NCBI GenBank assembly: GCA_964423225.1
Contig: CAYREE010000001.1
Location: forward strand, 17,419 to 81,418
Direction of reading: 5' to 3'
DNA: 64,000 nt
Source of the DNA: an uncultured archaeon
Lineage (GTDB): Archaea > Altiarchaeota > Altiarchaeia > IMC4 > SCGC-AAA252-I15
Made by a program: the position numbers and the translations under genes. Every line of letters begins with the position of its first letter. Positions within the stretch are counted from its first letter, which is position 1. Below the pieces are notes generated by a model that saw only the letters and a list, made by a program, of their open reading frames with translations, did not search any database and was not told where the DNA came from. Positions 1 through 10,004 of the stretch are shown here, one piece after another.

Positions 1-500
1 ATGCCAACTAGAAGGATACTGGACTTTGACTTATTAATCTTATTTATCAGAACCGGTAAGTCATCTTCTTTAAAGAATCCGTTGTGAAATCCTGTGATAT
101 TTGCACTGTATTTTTCAGATAATTTATCCGCTGCCTTTGAGATGACATCATCACTTGCACCAAGCAAAAAAATTCCTGATTCCCCTAACTTCGATACAAG
201 GAGGGGTAGTGTATATGTCCCGGAAATCCGATGCTCCTTCAGCCTCCTTCCATGCAATAAGGCGGCAATATACACTCCGACTCCACCATTGTATACTAAG
301 TCAGCTTTTGAAAACACAGCCTTGTATTCATTGTCTTCGAAGAAAATATTGATTTTGTGCGCGTCAAGATAAAAAACCAGGCGACCATTTTTCTTGCCGA
401 GATATGATTTTATCTGCTTTATAAAATCCTCGCGTGTATTATCATCAATAAAAAGATCCGGGGTTATATACACCCTATTTGACGTTGTCTTTGCATTCAT
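1..500 (-). CDS. WecG/TagA/CpsF-family (GT26) glycosyltransferase, N-terminal part; the gene runs off the left edge
   Basis: Absent from the ORF track because no stop lies in the window. The reverse complement from the ATG at 500..498 reads MNAKTTSNRVYITPDLF...DLVYNGGVGVYIAALLHGRRLKEHRISGTYTLPLLVSKLGESGIFLLGASDDVISKAADKLSEKYSANITGFHNGFFKEDDLPVLINKINKSKSSILLVG. This matches the GT26 pattern (G-G...R.sG.dl...LLG...yp...i.G.h.G.f...in.s..dil.VG). Confidence 0.6.
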   Translation of the reverse strand, partial: MNAKTTSNRVYITPDLFIDDNTREDFIKQIKSYLGKKNGRLVFYLDAHKINIFFEDNEYKAVFSKADLVYNGGVGVYIAALLHGRRLKEHRISGTYTLPLLVSKLGESGIFLLGASDDVISKAADKLSEKYSANITGFHNGFFKEDDLPVLINKINKSKSSILLVG

Positions 501-539
501 GACTGGATGATTAATATATGCATATAATCATTTTATATC

Positions 540-2414
540 ATGCTCTACTCCATTTTAAGTGCCATATTATTTTTCTTCTTATCAGGATTCCTCTTTGAAC
601 GAGTTTTTTTCAGGCACAAGAACATATGGGATATTGTATGGTTTTCAATCTCATCAAGCATCGTGTATTCAACATTCATATCCATCATCCTATCACTCAT
701 CCTAATGTTAAACGCATTGAATATCCAGATAATACTTTCTCTCACATCATTAATCCTCTACTACTACGGGAGAACGAGTCAGGGAGGGAAACTTTTTAGT
801 ACTAAGAAATGGAATACTGGAAAGGATTTTATTAAACCTGCAACCGTCCTACTTGTGCTCGTCTGCATATTCTACCTCATCTTTAAAGTACACTACTCTT
901 ACACAGGATTAATCCTCAACCCGCATTCAACCAAACCATATTACCAGGTAACAAACCAGTACTATCCATATCCATTACATAGTGACGAGTGGTCCCATCT
1001 AGCACAAGCCATCTTTTTCATGGAAAAGAACGGGTTCACTGCTGTGAATCCATATTATGCCTGGGCTAAAAACGATTTAGTTGAGGGTGGATTCCTACAG
1101 TTTGGACATCACGCATTCCTTGCAGCAGTCTATCTGATGACGGGGATAGAACCAATATTCTCATACAGATATCTGGCAGCAAGCTCAGCATGCCTTATAG
1201 CACTCGCATTGTATTTTCTGCTTAAGGAACTCGGATACAAGCATTATACAAGGATATTCGCAATGATCTTTTTCACAAGCATAAGAAGCAATGTTAACGT
1301 GCTTGGATTCTGGTTCTACATACCCTCTACCGCAAGTTTCTTCTATATACTCACTGCAATCTATTTCCTATTAAAATCCTTCAAAGACAAAAGAATGGCA
1401 GTCCTATCACTGATAGCATTCTCTTGTAGCCTCACCATCCACGCATCCACAACACTACTCGGATTATCCTGTGCAATAATCATCTTATACAACCGTTCCA
1501 AACCAATTAGTGGATTGAAGTCAAAGCATATTGCATATAGCCTTCTTCTCATACTGCCATTCATCATATTCCTCTATATAGCATACTCGAACCTTGGAGG
1601 TATAGAAAAAGCCATTGACTATGGGATAAAACGAATCATCTTCGTGAACGAGGGGGGAATCAAAGACTACTATTGGAACATAATCTCCTTTTACGGTAAT
1701 TTAGCTTCAATGCTTGCGATAGTTGGAGGCATATATGCCATTAGGAAAAAAGAGGGTAGATTCTTCATATACTGGTCTATCATAGGTTTGATACCAATCA
1801 TAATATATGGGTTATTCGGATTCTCGATCCTAATACGACAGCAAAGAGCGTTCATATTTACTTTGATAGGCATATCAGTCTTGTCTGCAAGGGGACTTAC
1901 AATAGTATTGGATTATGCCTGGATTCTCTCGTCAAAAATTATCAGAAATGATCAGGGGGGAAGGATACGATCTTTTCTAAATGTTCTGTTAGTTATGATA
2001 ATCATTAGCTCTATATTCAATGGGTATTATACGGTCGAGAAGAAGAATTATGTATTGTATCATATATTGGAGGACCGGCATTACGATGCGATAAAACATG
2101 TTGGAGAGACTTATGGTGGAGGCAATATTGTTTTCACCGATGCATTAGCATCTCTTGGATTATATCCAATCTCTAAGAATTACGCTGTTGACATCGTCAG
2201 CTCTAACCTCTATTCGAGGATGAAATCATTTGGGGGAAAATGGTTGAAGAATGACTGCACGTATAAGAGATGGGCTATGAAACAATATAATGTAACTTTA
2301 ACTATAGTGGATTTTAAAGTAGATTGTAGATTCTTGAAACCAGTCTATGAAAAGGAGGGTCTAATCATATACGAGGCGAATTTCACTATTAAAGAACCGA
2401 GGACTAATGGGTAG
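540..2414 (+). CDS. Polytopic membrane protein, putative GT-C-type glycosyltransferase or glycan polymerase
   Basis: 624-aa ORF with many hydrophobic helices followed by a soluble C-terminal domain of about 130 aa. It lies in a glycan-assembly cluster. No diagnostic motif was recognised. Confidence 0.4.
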   Translation: MLYSILSAILFFFLSGFLFERVFFRHKNIWDIVWFSISSSIVYSTFISIILSLILMLNALNIQIILSLTSLILYYYGRTSQGGKLFSTKKWNTGKDFIKPATVLLVLVCIFYLIFKVHYSYTGLILNPHSTKPYYQVTNQYYPYPLHSDEWSHLAQAIFFMEKNGFTAVNPYYAWAKNDLVEGGFLQFGHHAFLAAVYLMTGIEPIFSYRYLAASSACLIALALYFLLKELGYKHYTRIFAMIFFTSIRSNVNVLGFWFYIPSTASFFYILTAIYFLLKSFKDKRMAVLSLIAFSCSLTIHASTTLLGLSCAIIILYNRSKPISGLKSKHIAYSLLLILPFIIFLYIAYSNLGGIEKAIDYGIKRIIFVNEGGIKDYYWNIISFYGNLASMLAIVGGIYAIRKKEGRFFIYWSIIGLIPIIIYGLFGFSILIRQQRAFIFTLIGISVLSARGLTIVLDYAWILSSKIIRNDQGGRIRSFLNVLLVMIIISSIFNGYYTVEKKNYVLYHILEDRHYDAIKHVGETYGGGNIVFTDALASLGLYPISKNYAVDIVSSNLYSRMKSFGGKWLKNDCTYKRWAMKQYNVTLTIVDFKVDCRFLKPVYEKEGLIIYEANFTIKEPRTNG

Positions 2415-2419
2415 AAAGC

Positions 2420-3889
2420 ATGATGAAAGAAGAGGGTAAAATCTTTGAAAGCGGTACAATCTTATTCTCTGGATTTATTTTCGCTAAAGTATTGAGCTAT
2501 CTTTCACTGATAATAATATCCAGTCTTGGTGTAGTAAACTATGGAATCTATTCATTAACACTATCAATAACCTTGTTTTTAATTTCATTTGGAGTGCTTG
2601 GATTAGGACAAACATTAATAGTTTTTCTGCCGAAATTTACCACATTAAACAGGTTAGATGATGCGAAAGGAATGATCACTGATTCAATAACCATATCATT
2701 AATAACAGGGATAATTCTCTCAATCAGCCTTTTCATAACCTCTCCGATCATATCTCAGATTTTCACTGGAAGCCAGGTCCTTACACCATATCTTAGAATA
2801 GCAGCCCTCATAATCCCTGTAGATATTTTATCAAGAGTCCTTGGAGGTGCGTTTCTAGGACTAGAAAATCCAAAAGATGTGTTCAAGTATCAACAGATAA
2901 TAAATGGTATAGGAAAGTTATCAGCCTACATATTGGTCGTGACTATTGGCTATGGTGTCGGAGGTATCCTCTTCTCTTATTTCATTATTGGATTCATAAT
3001 CCTGATTTTTTATTTCAAGAGGCTGAAAAAATGTTTTAACGTTTTGCAAGACCATAGTGTAAAATCATCCCATGATATCAGGAGACTATTAACCTTTTCC
3101 CTAACACTAATCCCTTTTCTCATGATATACCAATTAATTGATGTTACAAACAACTCCATGGTAACAGTCTACTTGAGTCTGCATGATGTTGGACTGTTTA
3201 ACCTTGGTCATTCCATAGCATTCATCCTAGTATCATTTTCCTTCAGCTTCTCCTGGGGTCTTTTACCAAGAATATCAAATAAGCTGGCGTTAAGAAAGGA
3301 TCCTTCCACCATCATCCAGAACACCAACAATATTGTGCTATTATTTTCAGCCATAATACTATTAGCACTCGTCTTATTCCCAATGGAGATAATCTCCATA
3401 CCCTTTGGCGCCTCATTTTTAGGAACCTGGGTGATTCTCCCGACAATCGGATTAGCTTATGTGTTTGGCTCATTATTCAACATTCATAGCACGATTCTTC
3501 AAGCATATAATAAGACAAAAAACCTGATGGCATACTCAATCCTTGCAGTAGTCTTTAACGCATTATTAAATTATTATCTGACCCCGGCCCTAGGGATTAG
3601 AGGGGCTGCATTAAGTACTATGATAGCATTATTTAGTGCATTCATTATCTCATTTATCCACTCATGCATCCTTATCGATAAAAAAACATTTAATAGAAAT
3701 TCAATCAATATACTTGGCCTTACACTCCTTTTCCTTTTTTCTGGATTTGTATTAAAGAGTGCTGTCCCTGCTTGGATGGTTTATTTCTTGATGATCCTCA
3801 TCCCCGCAACTTTTGCGATAATCACTGTCCCACAGACATCGATAAAAGAAAGTATGAGTTCATTGATCTTCTTTAGGTCTAACAAATAA
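2420..3889 (+). CDS. Wzx-like polysaccharide flippase (MOP/polysaccharide biosynthesis protein family)
   Basis: 489-aa ORF, about 12-14 TM helices, with the typical size and architecture. It starts 6 nt after the previous gene. Confidence 0.6.
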   Translation: MMKEEGKIFESGTILFSGFIFAKVLSYLSLIIISSLGVVNYGIYSLTLSITLFLISFGVLGLGQTLIVFLPKFTTLNRLDDAKGMITDSITISLITGIILSISLFITSPIISQIFTGSQVLTPYLRIAALIIPVDILSRVLGGAFLGLENPKDVFKYQQIINGIGKLSAYILVVTIGYGVGGILFSYFIIGFIILIFYFKRLKKCFNVLQDHSVKSSHDIRRLLTFSLTLIPFLMIYQLIDVTNNSMVTVYLSLHDVGLFNLGHSIAFILVSFSFSFSWGLLPRISNKLALRKDPSTIIQNTNNIVLLFSAIILLALVLFPMEIISIPFGASFLGTWVILPTIGLAYVFGSLFNIHSTILQAYNKTKNLMAYSILAVVFNALLNYYLTPALGIRGAALSTMIALFSAFIISFIHSCILIDKKTFNRNSINILGLTLLFLFSGFVLKSAVPAWMVYFLMILIPATFAIITVPQTSIKESMSSLIFFRSNK

Positions 3890-5260
3890 CAATCCTGCGA
3901 AAGCCCAGTAGATTATCTGCACTGTTGGTTTGAATGTTATGTTAGTCGTCATACTGCTGATCAAAAGTCCGATAGTCAGGGCAATAAATGATGCGGCGTA
4001 AAACCTGTATTCGTTACCAACAAGATATAATAAAAACGCTTTTTTCAGTAGATAGTAGTTTAGGATAAGGTATAATGAAAGACCTATGAAGCCAGTATAT
4101 GAGATCAATGCAAAGTAGATGTTGTGTGGTTCAGAATGTCGGTGGAATCTCTTCTCAGTCTCCACCTCAAAACTCTTCGTTCCCCATCCAAAAAATGGTT
4201 TTCCGAAGAGCATGTCAGACATATATTCCCAACGATTCATGCGAAACTGTAGTGTGGATGCCGCACCTTTCTTCGCAAAGATGTCTACAAACATCAAATG
4301 CACGTCAATTAGAACAGCAAATAATATCATAAAGAGGATTAGATATAACACCATCCTCTTTTTTTCTAAAAAAGCATATACCAATGAGGCGACTGCAAAC
4401 GAGATCAGAGACACTCTAGTCTTCGTAAGATAAAGGCTTAAAATATATAATGCTAGGACTGGTAGGAGAACATGCTTTTTCTCTCTTAGTATGTATGCTG
4501 ACACAATGAATGATAGTATCATTAAGTAACTAGCATAATTGGCGGGACTTGTAAAGGTTCCAAGGATCCTGTTTTTCCTATACTCATCGTCAAATGATTG
4601 TTGGACTGGAAGAACATTCTCAGAATATATCCTCCGAGCATCATATAGACCGACAACACCAGTATACTGTAAGAATCCATACATTAAGGGTATCATCGAG
4701 GTTATAACAAGCATTAGGACAAATACATGCAACCAGTTTCTCCCAAGCATTTCACGTGAAAGCAAGAATACTGCGAGAAGACTCGACATCCTAAGGACTT
4801 CCTTCAATCCAAGCAGGAGATTCGTGGACTGGATTAGGCCCGCGGCCACGACGAGTATGAGCAGTGCAAAAGATATTGAGATCCCATCGGAGAAGGGATT
4901 GATCCTCTTAGAATAGAAGTGCAAGATCATTAGAAGCCCTATGAACAAGGAGAAAAAGAAGTTGATATTCAGGTTTATAGAGCCTATGACACCCATACTT
5001 CCATAGAAGTACCTGTCAACAACTGGTCTGAATGCAATAAGGAGGAGGATGCCAAAGTATGGTTTGACTATAATGGATAGTAGTATTAGGGAAAAGATGA
5101 ATACTGTAAAAAGCATCGCGCTAACACTAAACCACATAAGGGATGCTACTATCAAGGAGAATACGCTTGTTAAAAGTATCTTAGAGTTGATTCCCAAGTA
5201 GTTCCTATCAATAAAATCCTTCAAAAAACTGTATATCGCAGATTCAGGCATCAAGTCCAC
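3860..5260 (-). CDS. O-antigen ligase/polymerase-like (Wzy_C-type) membrane protein
   Basis: 466-aa polytopic ORF. It has a large loop with RHSEPHNIYFALISYTGFIGL, resembling the HN..l..l.e.G..G motif of O-antigen ligase/polymerase domains. Confidence 0.55.
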   Translation of the reverse strand: MDLMPESAIYSFLKDFIDRNYLGINSKILLTSVFSLIVASLMWFSVSAMLFTVFIFSLILLSIIVKPYFGILLLIAFRPVVDRYFYGSMGVIGSINLNINFFFSLFIGLLMILHFYSKRINPFSDGISISFALLILVVAAGLIQSTNLLLGLKEVLRMSSLLAVFLLSREMLGRNWLHVFVLMLVITSMIPLMYGFLQYTGVVGLYDARRIYSENVLPVQQSFDDEYRKNRILGTFTSPANYASYLMILSFIVSAYILREKKHVLLPVLALYILSLYLTKTRVSLISFAVASLVYAFLEKKRMVLYLILFMILFAVLIDVHLMFVDIFAKKGAASTLQFRMNRWEYMSDMLFGKPFFGWGTKSFEVETEKRFHRHSEPHNIYFALISYTGFIGLSLYLILNYYLLKKAFLLYLVGNEYRFYAASFIALTIGLLISSMTTNITFKPTVQIIYWAFAGLLFVRPKEDQ

Positions 5261-6449
5261 CGAGGGAGACTATTTGACCGGCAACATCGAGCTTTTTTGT
5301 ACGTAATGCAATAGTCCCTCCGATCCTAAGGGGATATTCAATATAGTAGTATTGCCCCCCGATCTCCCTAGCCCTTACAGTAGCATCTACCACTATATCC
5401 TTCAAAAATGGATGCTCGAAATTGAGCTTGCCTTCAGATGGAATGACAAGACCTATCTTCTCTAGGGGTATGTCTGAAGGCTTAGAAGATTTTCCGATGA
5501 TTTTCAACTGTGGTCTTCCCACAGGATCAATAAATGTATCGCCAACAATTATGCCATTTACTATCTCAGGTTCAACACCCTTGACTAACACAGATAAGTT
5601 GATTTCCTCCTGTTTATAATCGATTGAATCAGGCAGTATCTCGATAACTATACCATATACATTCATTCCAGGTAATTTTGTGGTGAACATGTCTCCAGCC
5701 TTAATCGGCTCGTGCTTATAGTAGGTCATTCCTTTCCTTGAATTTGTCCTAACATCGAATTGACTGATTATGTTAACCTTGCTGGATGAAGGCTCGAGAA
5801 AATAGTCTGACAGACTTGTTACTGTCCCATGGACGTCTAGTTCAGCGTCTCCAAGATTCAATGAGTTAATGAACCAGTAGGGTACCTTCCCACAATCTTC
5901 AAGATTAGAAGTAATAGATTTGGAGATGGTGCACATCTTAACCAGCATCTTCACATTCTCACTTGAACGAACATAATCCTCATACTCATCTACAGTCATA
6001 ACCTCTTGGACTACTCCGATAATATTCATCGCTGTTAGCTCAGCAACATATTTCTTTCCTGCCTCAAGAAGCTCATTGTCAAAATATATGCGGTCCTCGT
6101 CTTCAACCACCATAGTCTTTAATACAACCTTAACATCTGAAGAACCACCATACTCTCTGATTGAATAATCAACCAACTCGATATCAGTGTTTCCAATCCA
6201 ATCAACCCGCTTGTCACCTATCTTCAATGAATTGGCGATAAATCGAGGAACCTGCCCGCATTTAACAGGATCAAGCATATTCGGCCTCGTATCATCCTGG
6301 CAAAGCTGGACTATCACATAATATGATTTTTCAGGACCTGACTTGACAAAAGTCTTGAATAGAAGTATACTTGCGATAAGAGAGAAAACCACTATCAGGA
6401 TGATAGCCACCTTGTCTATGCGAGTGAGTTTTTCCATATAACCAACCAC
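5244..6449 (-). CDS. Membrane-anchored protein with three internal ~110-aa repeats (DUF4330-like)
   Basis: N-terminal TM helix (VAIILIVVFSLIASILLF). Repeated units each carry C..CG.VP.(F/W)(I/F).NSL..GD and end in G(V/I)V.E(V/I). The ORF overlaps the upstream Wzy-like gene by 17 nt. Confidence 0.45.
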   Translation of the reverse strand: MVGYMEKLTRIDKVAIILIVVFSLIASILLFKTFVKSGPEKSYYVIVQLCQDDTRPNMLDPVKCGQVPRFIANSLKIGDKRVDWIGNTDIELVDYSIREYGGSSDVKVVLKTMVVEDEDRIYFDNELLEAGKKYVAELTAMNIIGVVQEVMTVDEYEDYVRSSENVKMLVKMCTISKSITSNLEDCGKVPYWFINSLNLGDAELDVHGTVTSLSDYFLEPSSSKVNIISQFDVRTNSRKGMTYYKHEPIKAGDMFTTKLPGMNVYGIVIEILPDSIDYKQEEINLSVLVKGVEPEIVNGIIVGDTFIDPVGRPQLKIIGKSSKPSDIPLEKIGLVIPSEGKLNFEHPFLKDIVVDATVRAREIGGQYYYIEYPLRIGGTIALRTKKLDVAGQIVSLGGLDA

Positions 6450-6490
6450 CGAGTAATTAATAATGTTTTTAATAATTAAGTACTGTAATT

Positions 6491-6540
6491 CACACCAGAG
6501 TACTAGATATCACACTAGAGTACTAGGTATCATACCAGAT
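6491..6540. repeat. Tandem direct repeat, 20-nt unit, about 2.5 copies
   Basis: CACACCAGAGTACTAGATAT / CACACTAGAGTACTAGGTAT / CATACCAGAT. It lies in the gap between the sulfatase-family stop (6530) and the start of the downstream gene (6449). Confidence 0.7.
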
Positions 6541-7939
6541 AACCAAGTCTCCTAAGCTCTTGCATAGTATCCTCGTCTATAGATACTTCATCAGTTTCTG
6601 TAACATTCTTCATCTTGGAAAACATTAGGTCCAATAATGATTCGTCAAGCTTTTTGTCCTGTCCAAACATATTGTTTTTTTCTAGGGGATCGTTCTTTAA
6701 ATCGTATACTTCAAATGAATCCCGGATTTTATTGTATATCAGCTTATGGTCTTTGAACACTACTACATACTCTTTTGTACCCTGTAAAAGTTCGCTATAT
6801 GCAGGATAATCTTTTTCTGAACCTATTTTTTCGAATAAAGATATTCCATCAAGTCCAGAGGGTATTGGAATATCCAGAAGATCAAGGACAGTCGGCATAA
6901 TGTCAGTAGACTCGCATGTTTTATCAACAAAAACCTGTTTATCTAATCCAGGATAAGATAGTATCAAGGGTATTCTGAGCACCTCATTAAACGACTGGGC
7001 ATGACCTATATTATATCTCCAGGAATGCGGCCGGTCGGCGAAAGACTCTCCATGATCAGAGATTACTATTATAATGGTCTTATCCATAAGTCCGCTTTCC
7101 GAAAGCTGTTTGATAAGCCTTGAGAAATCATTATCTAACGTCAGTATTTCCCCATCATACTTGCCTATCACATAATCTATATCAGTTTTATTGATTAGAC
7201 CCTCCTTGAGCAAAGTGTTGTAATACTGGCCGGTTTTCCCAAGGCATTTATTCTGTATAATACCCGTGTAATTTGCGCATAGGGTTTCATTCTCGTCTTT
7301 GTAGACGTCCACTATCCCATCATATCCTTCATCTGTGAAGACATCATACTGTTTTCTCGGAATGTATGGAGCATGAACGCGGAATGTATGCCAGAAGAGG
7401 AAGAATTTCCTGTCTGAATTCCCCTTTATCCAATCTATCATCGACTTGAAATTCTTGCTGAAAGTACCTCCGGTATCGTCAAAGACATCGAAAGAATGAT
7501 AGTTGAATAACGTTTTCACATATCCACTGTCAGTAAATGCTGCAGTCGTATACCCATTATCCTTCAGAACCTCTGCTAGTGTGAGCGTCGAGTTCTTCAA
7601 CCGTAATGTATCGTTGTAGACACCATGATTACTAGAATAAAGTCCAGTCAAGATAGACATGTGAGAGGGTAGTGTCCATGGAGAATTTGCATAACAATCC
7701 TTGAATACAAAAGCCTTTTCACTGAACCTGTCGATATTAGGCGAAGTATTTCTAGAGTATCCATAGACTCCAAGATGGTCTGCCCGCAAGGTGTCAAAAC
7801 TAATTAGGACTACATTATACTCTTGCGGCTCGACAGTTGTGAACATCGCTTTTTCAATGTGAGGAATTGAAAGGAAAAATAGTATAGATGCCAGGAAAAA
7901 AGCGATTAAAGCAAAATATATTTTCCGTGTTGAATTCAT
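6530..7939 (-). CDS. Sulfatase-family (alkaline-phosphatase superfamily) exported enzyme with Thr at the nucleophile position
   Basis: N-terminal signal/TM. It has the metal-site motif ISFDTLRADHLG, the nucleophile region NSPWTLPSHMSILTG (canonical sulfatases have C/S-x-P-x-R here), and VISDHGE. Confidence 0.7.
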   Translation of the reverse strand: MNSTRKIYFALIAFFLASILFFLSIPHIEKAMFTTVEPQEYNVVLISFDTLRADHLGVYGYSRNTSPNIDRFSEKAFVFKDCYANSPWTLPSHMSILTGLYSSNHGVYNDTLRLKNSTLTLAEVLKDNGYTTAAFTDSGYVKTLFNYHSFDVFDDTGGTFSKNFKSMIDWIKGNSDRKFFLFWHTFRVHAPYIPRKQYDVFTDEGYDGIVDVYKDENETLCANYTGIIQNKCLGKTGQYYNTLLKEGLINKTDIDYVIGKYDGEILTLDNDFSRLIKQLSESGLMDKTIIIVISDHGESFADRPHSWRYNIGHAQSFNEVLRIPLILSYPGLDKQVFVDKTCESTDIMPTVLDLLDIPIPSGLDGISLFEKIGSEKDYPAYSELLQGTKEYVVVFKDHKLIYNKIRDSFEVYDLKNDPLEKNNMFGQDKKLDESLLDLMFSKMKNVTETDEVSIDEDTMQELRRLGYLV

Positions 7940-7997
7940 GCTACAATATTGTGAATTCCAACGTTTTTATATGTTAGTACATAATACATTCATCACT

Positions 7998-8531
7998 ATG
8001 AAGGAAGTCAGGTTTCATGGAAGGGGTGGGCAAGGAGCAGTAACTGCCGCCATGGTTCTTTCTGTCGGAGCATTCGAAGACGGGAAATACACTCAAGCAT
8101 TCCCAAAATTCGGTGTCGAACGAAGAGGCGCTCCAGTACAAGCATTCACAAGGATCTCAGATTCATTTATCAGAAGGAAAAGTCAGGTCTACGAACCAGA
8201 CTATCTAGTAGTCTTAGACAGCACACTTTTTGGAGCTGTGAATATCACTGAAGGATTCAACAAGGACGGTATGATAATCGTCAATACGAACATGAGTGCT
8301 GAAGAGCTTGGAATCGGCGACTTGAATGTTAAAACCCTCGACGTATCCCATCTTGCAATGGAAGTACTTGGAAGAGACATCGTAAACACAGCCATGCTCG
8401 GAGCATTCGCAGGATTCACAGGCGAAGTGAGCCTCGAAGGACTGATAAAAGGTGTTGAAGGACACTTTTCAGGAAGCATCTTAGAAAAGAACAAGAAACT
8501 CGTAGAAGAAGTTTACAATCAATCAAAGTAA
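7998..8531 (+). CDS. porG: Pyruvate/2-oxoacid:ferredoxin oxidoreductase, gamma subunit
   Basis: MKEVRFHGRGGQGAVTAA... is a typical gamma-subunit N-terminus. The ATG at 7998 is preferred over the track start at 7938, which abuts the divergent gene. Confidence 0.85.
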   Translation: MKEVRFHGRGGQGAVTAAMVLSVGAFEDGKYTQAFPKFGVERRGAPVQAFTRISDSFIRRKSQVYEPDYLVVLDSTLFGAVNITEGFNKDGMIIVNTNMSAEELGIGDLNVKTLDVSHLAMEVLGRDIVNTAMLGAFAGFTGEVSLEGLIKGVEGHFSGSILEKNKKLVEEVYNQSK

Positions 8532-8534
8532 AAA

Positions 8535-8834
8535 ATGAGTGTCGATTTAGGTAAGAAGAAGTTGGGTACGGCAGAGATCACGACAGGCTGCGTGCTACCA
8601 AGCGACGGATCAACAAAGATGAACAAGACCGGCGGCTGGAGGGCTATGAGACCTGTCACAGACCATGAGAAATGCACTTCATGCGGTATCTGCTGGGTAT
8701 ACTGTCCAGACGCATCCAGGGTGAAGATGGATGATGGAAAATACGATTTTGACATAGACTACTGTAAAGGATGTGGAATATGCGCAGACGTCTGCCCAGT
8801 CAAATGCATTGAGATGAAGGTGGAGGAAAAATGA
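8535..8834 (+). CDS. porD: Pyruvate/2-oxoacid:ferredoxin oxidoreductase, delta subunit (2x[4Fe-4S])
   Basis: CTSCGICWVYCP and CKGCGICADVCP cluster motifs. The size of about 99 aa and the position between the gamma and alpha subunits both fit. Confidence 0.85.
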   Translation: MSVDLGKKKLGTAEITTGCVLPSDGSTKMNKTGGWRAMRPVTDHEKCTSCGICWVYCPDASRVKMDDGKYDFDIDYCKGCGICADVCPVKCIEMKVEEK

Positions 8835-10003
8835 AGAGTGTAGAAGAAGCATCCCATGCAGTATCAGACGCAGTAAAAGCTATCGAACCCGACGTAATAG
8901 CAGCTTATCCCATAACACCACAAACACACATAGTTGAAAGAATATCAGAATTCGTTGCAAACGGAGAAATATCATCAGAATACATACGCGTAGAATCAGA
9001 GTTCAGCGCCATATCAGCCTGTCTTGGAGCATCTGCGGCAGGAACACGAGCATACACTTCAACATCATCACAGGGACTGGCACTAATGCACGAGATACTA
9101 TTCATCGTCTCAGGAATGAGACTCCCAGTCTGCATGTCTGTTGTAAACAGGGCATTGTCAGCACCAATCAATATCTGGAACGACCACTCCGACTCAATGG
9201 CAGAAAGAGACACCGGATGGATTCAATACTATGTCGAGACAGCACAAGAAGCATATGATATGACTATAATGCAACATAAGATAAGCGAGGACAAGAGAAT
9301 CCTCCTACCATCAATGGTCTGCATGGACGGATTCACACTATCACACGTATACGAGCCATGTGATATCCATTCCAAAGAAGAAGTAAAATCATTCTTACCC
9401 GATTACCAACCGGTTCACGCAATACTAGACCCAAAAGAACCACTGACGCAAGGACCAATTGGATTCCCCACACATTATATGGAATTCAAAAGAGATACAG
9501 AAGACGCTATGAAAGCCGCTCTTAATGTAACAGAAGAAGTCATGAAGGAATACAACAACAAGTTCCCATGCACGATCGAAAACTCAAGACCCCAAGCATA
9601 CAACCATGTCGAAGAATACAAGACCGAGGACGCTGACGTAACACTTGTTGCGATGGGATCGGTATGCGGTACGATAAAAGAGTCCATAGACCAGTTAAGA
9701 GAAAAGGGAATCAAGGCAGGATTATTAAAGATGATAACATACAGGCCATTTCCACACGAGCTCCTAGTAGAGAAGCTTAAGGGTGCTGGAAAAGTGGCAG
9801 TAGTTGAAAAAGCAATGTCGTTAGGATTCGGAGGACCATTATACAGCGAAATTGCATCTGCATTATATGACTCAAGCGAACGCCCCGAACTAAGGAACTA
9901 TATTGTCGGACTCGGCGGACGCGACGTTAAACTAGACCATGTAGAATCAATAGTAAACAAGACACTCAGCTCAGAAGGAAGTAAAGAGGAGTGGATGTAC
10001 TAA
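8831..10003 (+). CDS. porA: Pyruvate/2-oxoacid:ferredoxin oxidoreductase, alpha subunit
   Basis: AAYPITPQTHIVE motif, 390 aa, and a 4-nt overlap with porD. Confidence 0.9.
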   Translation: MKSVEEASHAVSDAVKAIEPDVIAAYPITPQTHIVERISEFVANGEISSEYIRVESEFSAISACLGASAAGTRAYTSTSSQGLALMHEILFIVSGMRLPVCMSVVNRALSAPINIWNDHSDSMAERDTGWIQYYVETAQEAYDMTIMQHKISEDKRILLPSMVCMDGFTLSHVYEPCDIHSKEEVKSFLPDYQPVHAILDPKEPLTQGPIGFPTHYMEFKRDTEDAMKAALNVTEEVMKEYNNKFPCTIENSRPQAYNHVEEYKTEDADVTLVAMGSVCGTIKESIDQLREKGIKAGLLKMITYRPFPHELLVEKLKGAGKVAVVEKAMSLGFGGPLYSEIASALYDSSERPELRNYIVGLGGRDVKLDHVESIVNKTLSSEGSKEEWMY

Positions 10004-10004
10004 G

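Noticed and set aside
7938-7997. The extended porG start at 7938, which overlaps the start codon of the divergent sulfatase-family gene.
   Set aside because: The conserved gamma-subunit N-terminus begins at the ATG at 7998 (MKEVRFHGRGGQGAV). The 60-nt extension is more plausibly the shared promoter region.
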